Source: Paraspadella gotoi
Lineage: Eukaryota; Animalia; Chaetognatha
Reading direction: 5' to 3'
NCBI GenBank assembly: GCA_051294375.1
Contig: JBJCIZ010000953.1
Span: forward strand, 1 to 7,398
Length of the DNA: 7,398 nt
Below the pieces are notes generated by a model. The model was given only the letters and a program-made list of their open reading frames with translations. It had not been told where the DNA came from and made no database searches. The translations under genes were made by a program, and so were the position numbers. Shown here piece by piece: positions 1 to 7,044 of this stretch (its first letter is position 1; each line of letters opens with the position of its first letter).

Positions 1-30
1 TAATTACTAAATGGAGGCTAATTAAAATAT

Positions 31-76
31 TACTGACATTCCCCTTTTTCCCTTTTCCCCCTCGTCTCACTGATAG
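31..76 (+). promoter_or_regulatory. Spliceosomal intron 3' end (branch point, polypyrimidine tract, AG acceptor)
   Basis: TACTGAC branch-like motif at 31-37, pyrimidine tract ~39-70, TAG at 74-76 directly before a GC-rich open frame. Confidence 0.55.
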
Positions 77-243
77 AGAAACCTCTCAATCCTCCGCTTC
101 GTTTTCGCGATTTAGAAGAGGAGGGTGAGGACGACGACGATCTCCTACCTCCGCCCTTGCCCAGCGAGGAGGAAATTGCCGGGGATCTAGAGTCTTATCA
201 CGTCCGTCGCAGACTTCCCTCTCCGCCTCCCCGTCCATTCTGA
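77..243 (+). CDS. Probable terminal coding exon with acidic and proline-rich C-terminal tail
   Basis: After the acceptor AG the frame reads xKPLNPPLRFRDLEEEGEDDDDLLPPPLPSEEEIAGDLESYHVRRRLPSPPPRPF* (TGA 241-243); GC-rich island in AT-rich context; absent from the ORF track. Confidence 0.55.
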
Positions 244-402
244 TTCGATCGCGAGGCCGATTGGCAAAGACGAAAGCGAATTGGAAACCTCGACAAAACT
301 TTGCCAATGATTCCTCGTCAAACACAATCATGAAGAATTTTAGGCAAATCTGATTGACCTTAAAATGTTAGAAAGTAACTTGGGGAGGCATAGTATTTCA
401 CA

Positions 403-674
403 AAATGTGACTTATGTTTTTTCCATTTAAACTTCTTTCCACTTACACAATTCCATCAAAACTTTTTATCACGCTTTATCACACAGTTTCCTACACACAC
501 ACAAAATTTACTTTCAAACTATCTTTCCAATTAGGATTATTTCAAGTTATCAAGGGTTACAATTAGTAAAAAGATTGAAGTAAATATGACTTATGTTTTC
601 TCCATTTAAACTAATTTTCACTCACACAATTCCATCCAAACTTTATATCCAGCTCATTCACACACTTTTCTAAT
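403..674. repeat. Diverged direct repeat, two ~90 bp copies 179 bp apart
   Basis: tgacttatgttttttccatttaaact...cacttacacaattccatcaaaacttt from 408 recurs as tgacttatgttttctccatttaaact...cactcacacaattccatccaaacttt from 587. Confidence 0.85.
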
Positions 675-704
675 CACGGGTAATTGAAGTTTTTTGCTAA
701 GGGG

Positions 705-752
705 GGACGGACAGACAAACAGACAGATGAACAGACGGATGGACTGATGGAC
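705..752. repeat. Degenerate (GACA/GACG)n tetranucleotide microsatellite, (GTCY)n on the minus strand
   Basis: ggacggacagacaaacagacagatgaacagacggatggactgatggac. Confidence 0.85.
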
Positions 753-1025
753 ATTATTTTCTTTGCATTATTTATCATAATTCGATGTTCTGACATGATT
801 TAAGTGAGTGCCCGACAAGATTTAGGGGGGGGACCGACGGACCGACAAAGTGGAATATAGAGTCGGGATCTGCTAATAAGCAGATCCGACTAAAAAAAAT
901 TGCAAAACATATCTTACCTTTATAGGATACCATATTGCAGCAGGTAATTTTTTTTTTTCTGTATGTGAAAATTATTACAGTAAAACATGTTGAATTTATC
1001 ATTTTGTTTCGTTGTGTAAGAAGGT

Positions 1026-1211
1026 TAGCGAAAAAACAAAAATTGAGTTTTCTACAACAATTTGTTTGAAACATAGATCGACACGAGGGGGGATGGGGGA
1101 AATTTCAAATTGATAAAAGCGCTGATGAAAACTTGAAATTACAAGTGGAAACGCGTTTAATGTTAAATAAAACAAATTATTGTAGAAAACTCAATTTTCG
1201 TTTTTCCGCTA
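1026..1211. mobile_element. MITE-like element with 42 bp inverted repeats
   Basis: 1026-1067 matches the reverse complement of 1170-1211 at 39 of 42 positions; both ends terminate in TA (possible TA target duplication); ~100 bp non-coding spacer. Confidence 0.55.
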
Positions 1212-1344
1212 CAGTAAAAATATATTTTTTTAATTTTTTTAATTTATTTTATTTTTATTTATTTTATTTTATATATTAAAATTGCGTCGAAAATATTTTC
1301 CCGAGTGGACCAGTCCATTTGAATCTGATGGTTTCTAAGTTGGT

Positions 1345-1418
1345 TGGCGACTTCGCCATGGCGAATATCGACCAGGAGCTTTGGCGAGTCGCCAGTCCCC
1401 CCACTGGCGACCTCGCCA
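1345..1418. other. Cluster of four TGGCGAnnTCGCCA palindromic boxes, left subterminal
   Basis: tggcgacttcgcca (1345-1358), tggcgaatatcgacca, tggcgagtcgcca, tggcgacctcgcca (1405-1418). Confidence 0.8.
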
Positions 1419-1494
1419 GTGAGTAAAGCTAGCGCAATATAATGAAAAGCGCAGCTAACACGGGATGAGCAGTCACCTTCCAGGCTCCTCTCCC

Positions 1495-2230
1495 CACCCC
1501 AACCCTAAACCAAACTCGCCGTTCAACTCTGTGCCTTCCCCTACCCTAAAGCCGGGCCTGGGACCTCGTACAATCTCCATGCCTCAACCCACACCCTAAC
1601 CGCTTTGGATGCATCAACACGTGGCCCTCCCAACCTAACCCTAAACCAAGCCTTCCGTTCAACTCTGTGCCTCTCCCATACCTAACCCAAGGCTCCAGCC
1701 TCCCGATAATTCTCCGTGCCTCGCAACCCTAACCCTAACGCGCCTTCGATGCAATCAACCACGGGCCCCTCCCCACCCTAACACCTAAAGCTAAGCCTCC
1801 GTTCAACATCAATGCCTCTTCCCTAACCCTAACCCAGAGCCGCAGCCTCCGGTAACATCTCCGTGCCTCAACCCTAACCTAAACCGCCTTCGATGCATCA
1901 ACCTGGTCCGTCCCGAACCCCTAACCCTAACCAAAGCCTCGCCGTTCAACCTCCATGGCTCACCCAACCCTAAACCAGGCCGCCTCCCGCTACAGTCTCG
2001 TACCATCTATACCCTAACCCTAATTGCCTTTCGATTAATAATAACCCAGCACCGGCCTTTCTTCCCAACCCTAACCCTAAACCGGGCCCAGGCCTCCGTA
2101 CATGCTCGCACGTAACCTCACCCTAACCCTAATATGCCTCGATATAATAACCGGGCCTCTCCCACACCTAACCCTAAAAACGGGCCCAGGGTCCCGTACA
2201 ATCCTCCGTGCCTCAACCTACACACCTAAC
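1495..2230 (-). repeat. Higher-order minisatellite of (CCCTAA)2 blocks separated by recurring spacer modules, left arm
   Basis: Six copies of a ccgtacatctccgtgcctcaa-like module (~1566, 1702, 1849, 1987, 2096, 2194) interleaved with ccctaaccctaa. Confidence 0.85.
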
Positions 2231-2289
2231 AGCGGGCCTCTATGGTCATCAACAACCTACTCCCCTATCCTCTAAAAATGACCATTAAT

Positions 2290-2426
2290 AATTAAGCCTA
2301 AATAAACTACTAACTCAACTCTAACCCTAACCCTAACTACTAACCCAACCCTAACACTCAACCTACTGCACTAACCTAACTACTCTACGTCATCCTACAC
2401 CTAAACCAACTGCAACCTAACCCTAA
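2290..2426 (-). repeat. Dense degenerate CCCTAA/CTAAC telomere-like tract
   Basis: ctaaccctaaccctaactactaacccaaccctaacactcaacctac... Confidence 0.75.
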
Positions 2427-2595
2427 TCTGAGTTTAAGTTTAGGCGAAATCGCATACCTAGAACGCTAGATGTAGTCTACACAGCTAAACCCGCAATGGC
2501 AGAGGGCTTAATGGCTAAGTCGGATTTGGCGATTCGCACGTGAACATACATAGCTAGCGTTCTAGTTATGGCGATTCGCCTAAACTAAACTCAGA

Positions 2596-2770
2596 ATTAG
2601 AGTGTTAGGGTTGAGTGGTTTAGGGTTGGGTTGTAAGGTAGAGTGGTTATGGTACGTTAGGGATTAGGGTTGAGTTACGTTTAGGGTTAAGGGTTAAGAT
2701 CGGTAGGTAGTGAGTTAAGTTAAGTTTATTGTTAGGTTATTATTAATGTCAAATTTTAGGGATAGGGGTA
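2596..2770 (+). repeat. Dense degenerate TTAGGG telomere-like tract, mirror of the left inner tract
   Basis: gttagggttgagtggtttagggttgggttg...ttagggattagggttgagttacgtttagggttaagggttaag. Confidence 0.75.
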
Positions 2771-2799
2771 GGCAGAGGGTGTTGATGACCAAAGAGGCC

Positions 2800-3525
2800 C
2801 GCGTTAGGCGTTAGGGTTTGGGCAACGGAGTATACGTACGGAGAGGGCCTGGGCCGGTTTAGGGTCTAGGGTTGGAAAGAGGCCCGTGGGTTATATATCG
2901 AAGCAATTAGGGCTTGAGGTGAGGTACGGAGATCGTACGGGAGCCTGGCGCACCGTTTAGGGTTAGGTGTGGGAGAAAGAGGCCGTGGGTTAATATATAC
3001 GAAGCAATTAGGGTAAGGGTTGAGGTACGGAGATGTACGGGTAGACCGGGCCTGGTTAGGGTTAGGGAGAGGCATGGCGAGTGAACGGGAAGTCTGGTTT
3101 AGGGTTAGGGTGCGGGAGGACCCATGGTTGATAGCATCGAAAGGCGGTTAGAGTTAGGGTTGAGGCACGGAGATGTACGGGAGGCTGGGCCTGGTTAGGG
3201 TTAGGGGAGAGGCATAGAGTTTGAACGCGCAGGCTTAGATTTAGGGTTAGGGTTGGGGAGGGGCCGGTGTTATGCATCGAAGGCGGTTAGGTTAGGGGTT
3301 GAGGCCGGAGATGTACGGGAGGCTGAGCCTGGGTTAGGGTTAGGGGAGAGCACAGAGTTGAACGGAAGGCTGGTTTTAGGGTTAGGGATTGGGGAGGGCC
3401 CGTGCGTTGATGCATCAAAGGCGGTTTAGGGTTGAGGCATGGAGATGTACGGGAGGCCAGGCCCGGGTTAGGGTTAGGGGAGAGGCAACAGAGATTGAAC
3501 GGGAGGTTATGGTTTAGGTTAGGCT
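2800..3525 (+). repeat. Higher-order minisatellite of (TTAGGG)2 blocks separated by recurring spacer modules, right arm
   Basis: ggagatgtacgg-like anchor at 2827, 2928, 3029, 3169, 3307 and 3441, giving periods of 101, 101, 140, 138 and 134 bp. Confidence 0.9.
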
Positions 3526-3598
3526 TGGGAGAGGAGCCTGAAGGTGATGCCTCATCCCGTTTAGTTGCTCGCTTTTCATTATATCGTACTTTTATCAC

Positions 3599-3672
3599 TG
3601 GCGAGGTCGCCAGTGGGGGGACTGGCGACATCGCCAAAGCACCTGGCGATATCGCCATGGCGAAGTCCGCCA
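3599..3672. other. Cluster of four TGGCGAnnTCGCCA palindromic boxes, right subterminal
   Basis: Boxes at 3599-3612 (gg), 3623-3636 (ca), 3644-3657 (ta) and 3658-3672 (ag, one extra base). Confidence 0.9.
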
Positions 3673-3840
3673 CCCAACTAGAACCACACCTGCGACTCTT
3701 GCGTGAATCGCCGGCGACATCGCTATTTGAATGAACTACAACTTAGTTTGATGTTAAAATGAATGCGTTATTTGTCAAGAGAAGAAAAAAATGCGCGCCA
3801 TTCAGATGCAACAGGATTGGAATCGAGTGTTTTTACATCT

Positions 3841-3865
3841 ATCTTATCTTATCTTATCTTATCTT
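3841..3865. repeat. (ATCTT)5 pentanucleotide microsatellite
   Basis: atcttatcttatcttatcttatctt. Confidence 0.95.
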
Positions 3866-4172
3866 TACCTGAATTTTTCCCAGGAGCGTTTACATTGTTT
3901 GGGAGTCAGATTTTAGCAAAAATCTCCATTGAAAAAGTCTTCCCTGATTTCTAAGAACGACGTAGACTCCTAATGATCTACTATTCTAATTTTGATTCTA
4001 CTTTATTTTAATATTTTTAATACACTTTATTGGATATGCTAAACCATTATGCCAATTTTATTTTTTTTAAAAATGAATGTTTTTTATGATTCACTTTAAA
4101 AAAATTATTTACAACTATCATACTTAAAATTAATTAAAATCTTTCAGCCAAATAAGATAGAATTAAAATGTT

Positions 4173-4482
4173 TTACTGTAATAGTTCATCACCATTTCTC
4201 TTGTATATCCAAATTGTATAGCAATAAAATGCTTTGTTATTTGTTAATTTTATTAATTTTTCTCCTGATTCAGAAACAATAACCAATACTTCTTGATTTT
4301 TTGGATCGCATTTATTATTTTTTAGATTTGTTCCTGATAGACTATAACCTACTTTATCAATTGGTTCATAATCATCTACAAATTTCATTTGAAAGGCAAT
4401 AATAGTTTTTGGTGTATCAAATTTCCATTCTAACCATTTTGGGAAATTATTATACAATCCAGAATTCCAAAATTTTTTTCGC
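4173..4482 (-). CDS. Exon or pseudogene fragment encoding a discoidin / F5/8 type C (galactose-binding-like) domain
   Basis: Motif order FWNSG...PKWLEWKFDTPKTIIAFQMK...P...YSLSGTN...NKAFYCYTIWI fits the W-x-S, WLxxxF, P-x-x-I, LxGS and YRYY pattern of this fold. Candidate acceptor tttttaatAG at 4484-4483. Long stop-free frame in very AT-rich DNA. Confidence 0.6.
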
Positions 4483-6049
4483 CTATTAAAAAAGTATAGT
4501 GAGCATAGAACAAAATTTGTCAAAGATTATTTTAAGGTATAAAAGAAATTCACTGTTCAATATTCGGCTAGATTTTATAAAAAAGTTATATTTTTATATA
4601 TTTATATAGAAAATATTAATGCAAATTTTTTTTTGTATTATTGTTTTATATAAAAAATAATAAAAAAGTCAAGATAGAGGGGCGTTTACCGCCACAACTC
4701 TTCCCCATCCCCGTCGTCCCCTCCTCCTCATCCCCTCCTCCTCATCCCTCCGGTAACCCTCGCGCCGGGACCAAGGATTCACTCTCAGCTCAACTCACAA
4801 GTCGGGGCACCAGAAACCTCTCTCCCTCTCCCTCTTATTTTGTACATAACCGTCTTTACTATAATTTAGACTTATTAGACTCAATATTTTTACTTACCTC
4901 TTTTACCTGATGAGAGACTAGTTAGTACCTACCTTAAGCTAGATACCCATCTTCCCAGTGGCGCCCAATCAGGCCTCTCCCCTAGGTTTAACCTACCCCA
5001 GGATTAAGATCCCGTGCTTCCGACTCTAACCGGCACCTAACCCACCCTACCCACCCGGGGGCCTCCAAACTTCCTCTCTTTTCTTTTTTTAACCTCATCT
5101 CTTCTGTCTATCCACGACTGAAAACTAACCTAACTTTTTTTTGTTTTACCGCGATTTTTTTTCCTCACTCAAAATTTTTTTTTTATAAAAACAAAACAAT
5201 AAAAACCATGACTCACAACTAAACTTACATTTTTTTTGCCGCATTTGGTAAAATTTGTTATTAACCTTTTTTCTCGCGCAACAAAAAAAATTGTGAAAAA
5301 AAAATTGTGAAAAAAAAACAAAAAAAAAAACAAAAAAAGAAAGCAAGCTACCGGAGCAACGGAAGCAAACAACAACAGGAATAGGAACCAAATGTAGTAT
5401 GTATGGTAATGTGGTTACTATTGTAATGAAAAAAAAAAAATTTATATGTTTTAGCTACCAAAACCATAACAAAAAAACTCTTTTACAGATTTGGCATCTC
5501 ATCCATAATTGTGATATGTATTTCCTTTTACAGAGGGGTACGAAGCCTGTCTTTTGTTCCTTGCTTCCAATTTCATTTAAAATCAATGACGATAATCTTT
5601 AAAATTTTTCAGGTCAACGTTTCCTGTTCCATATTTCGACTTAGATCAATAACCAACAGTCAAAAACAAATTTCTTTTACAGGTCTCCACATTTTCTTAC
5701 TATTTAGCTAAATTTTGTTTCTCAATCCTTAGCTTTTCACTGCTATTAAAAACTTTTTTCACTTATTTTAACATTATCTTATTCCAAATTGCTTCTCTCA
5801 TTTTGGCTAACTCTTTCCCTTACTATACTGACGTTACTATTTCCCTTACTATATAGTTCTGTACCTCATCTTTATTTCCCTTATTTCTCTGATTTTACTA
5901 TGATACTCCCTTAATTATCATTAAATTTCATTTCGTAATTACTCAACCGTTTATTTGGCGCTATATTATATCAGATATCCTTTCTTTAAACTCTATTACT
6001 TCACTGTTTTAGCCTCCTTATTTCAATCTCTCCCTCTCCCCCGTCGCAC

Positions 6050-6285
6050 TGAGTCATGCTACTCAACTCTCAGTCTCTTATCTATCTTTTCCCGCCTTTC
6101 TCTGGACCGTTGACCCTCCCTCCGGAGCAAGTCGTCACGTGACCCAGCACGCTTTTCCCCTACTTTTTCTCTCTATTCTTTCTCTCTGTGTTCATCATCT
6201 TGACCTTTCATATCGATCATCCTTTTGACCACTGCTCACGTGACTTTTCACACCCAGGATTTTCACCCAAAGAATGCGATTGACC
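6050..6285. promoter_or_regulatory. Candidate cis-regulatory motif cluster
   Basis: TGAGTCA 6050-6056; GTCACGTGAC 6134-6143; TCACGTGAC 6236-6244; TGACC at 6111, 6140, 6201, 6226 and 6281, all in a CpG-richer island. Confidence 0.3.
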
Positions 6286-6697
6286 GCCTGTGCCCCTCTC
6301 CTGCCAGCCTTTTCCCCCCTCCTCCCTCCATCCCCGCCCCTCTTCCCTTTCTTTACCCCCGCCGGCTTCAGTTGAACTCGGCCAGAGACTCCCACTCCAG
6401 GAGTATGAATCACGACAGCTGCAGATAAACAGCTTTGCCTTGCTCTCTCCCCTCTCTCTCCCCATATCTCCCCACCTCTCTCTCTCTCCCACATCCCTCT
6501 TTTATACTCTTTAACTTTTAAATATTTCCTGCTGGCTTTTGACCGCCGCCAACAGCGGCCAGAAATTCCCTTCCCGCTGCGACGCTGCAGCAGTCACAGC
6601 AGCTGCTCAATCTCGTCGATGATCATAATTCTCTTTCTCTTCTCTTTTTCCTCATCCTCCCTCTCAAGTCTGTTTCTCTCTCTCTGTCTCTCTTCTT

Positions 6698-6732
6698 TCT
6701 CTCTCTCTCTCTCTCTCTCTCCCTCTCTCTCT
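6698..6732. repeat. (CT)n microsatellite
   Basis: Run of ct dinucleotides with one interruption. Confidence 0.9.
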
Positions 6733-6937
6733 GTGAAATTCTTTTTTTAACTTTCCTTAACTTAATGTTTTTTTTAAGCTTCTATTAAACTTGTTTCTAA
6801 ACCCATCCCTTTTTTAACTTTCTTTTACTGTTTTTAAACCTATCTCTTCCCTTTTTGATTCATTTATGTTCAATTTAATATTACTTTGCCAAAGATGCTT
6901 AAAATTTACTTTCTAATTCGTCCTCCCCTCCTTTTCA

Positions 6938-6940
<3 letters not shown>

Positions 6941-6969
<29 letters not shown>
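6941..6969. repeat. (CT)14 microsatellite
   Basis: Uninterrupted ct run. Confidence 0.95.
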
Positions 6970-6971
<2 letters not shown>

Positions 6972-7028
6972 TCCCTCCCATAAACGGCGCCCTCGATCCT
7001 TCGGCCTCTCCTATTCTCAGTTTGTTTT

Positions 7029-7044
7029 CTCTCTCTCTCTCTCT
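7029..7044. repeat. (CT)8 microsatellite
   Basis: Uninterrupted ct run. Confidence 0.9.

Larger units (their letters stand above)
403..899 (-). mobile_element. Non-autonomous Helentron/DINE-1-like element (HINE); 5' end near 899, left boundary uncertain
   Basis: Minus strand reads T-run, then a subterminal hairpin (plus-strand arms agtcgggatctgct 861-874 and agcagatccgact 879-891), then ctatattccactttgtcggtccgtcggtcc, a GTCY microsatellite and tandem core repeats. This order matches the known DINE-1/HINE layout. Confidence 0.5.
1331..2464 (-). repeat. Left monomer (C-rich on plus strand), bounded by its own short TIR
   Basis: Starts gtttctaagttggttggcgacttcgcc and ends ggcgaaatcgcatacctagaac. 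Confidence 0.65.
2559..3684 (+). repeat. Right monomer (G-rich on plus strand), bounded by its own short TIR
   Basis: Starts GTTCTAGTTaTGGCGAtTCGCC (2559-2580); the reverse complement of its end is GTTCTAGTTgggTGGCGgacTTCGCC. Confidence 0.7.
1329..3686. mobile_element. Large foldback/palindromic non-autonomous element built from telomere-like repeats
   Basis: Left end tggtttctaagttggttggcgacttcgccatggcga... is the reverse complement of right end ...tcgccatggcgaagtccgccacccaactagaacca. Symmetry continues module by module to ctagaacgctag (2458-2469) / ctagcgttctag (2554-2565). Flanks outside are unrelated. No transposase ORF. The palindrome is directly seen; mobility is inferred. Confidence 0.8.

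Noticed and set aside
86-331. 81 aa minus-strand ORF
   Set aside because: Likely the antisense shadow of the plus-strand exon, which has splice signals and more protein-like composition
775-1074. 99 aa minus-strand ORF
   Set aside because: Runs across repeat termini and homopolymers with no recognisable domain
2465-2558. Missed PacBio SMRTbell adapter or simple read fold-back at the palindrome centre
   Set aside because: No adapter-like sequence is present, and symmetry ends at a TIR motif with different unique flanks on each side. An artefact is disfavoured but needs read-level confirmation
2800-3525. CRISPR array
   Set aside because: The repeat is a 12 bp telomeric dimer, spacers recur cyclically, no cas genes are present and the context is eukaryotic
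1329-3686. Relic of an end-to-end telomere fusion
   Set aside because: A fusion gives TTAGGG followed by CCCTAA; here the order is reversed, and repeats occur mostly as dimers between spacers
1320-3695. Target-site duplication for the palindromic element
   Set aside because: Left flank (gaatctga) and right flank (cacctgcg) share no direct repeat, so no superfamily could be assigned
1809-3734. ORFs at 1809-2006, 2866-3075, 3062-3277, 3287-3673 and 3432-3734 as genes
   Set aside because: They are PNPNP/LTLT/GLGLG translations of telomeric repeats and dyad boxes, and the frames are not preserved in the mirror arm
5814-5852. tttcccttactata duplicated 25 bp apart
   Set aside because: A short local duplication in low-complexity DNA with no sign of function
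4641-6514. Short ORFs at 4641-4910, 5146-5391, 5169-5375, 5399-5602, 5511-5711 and 6195-6514
   Set aside because: Low-complexity products of poly-A/T or CT-rich DNA, with overlapping frames and no domain motifs
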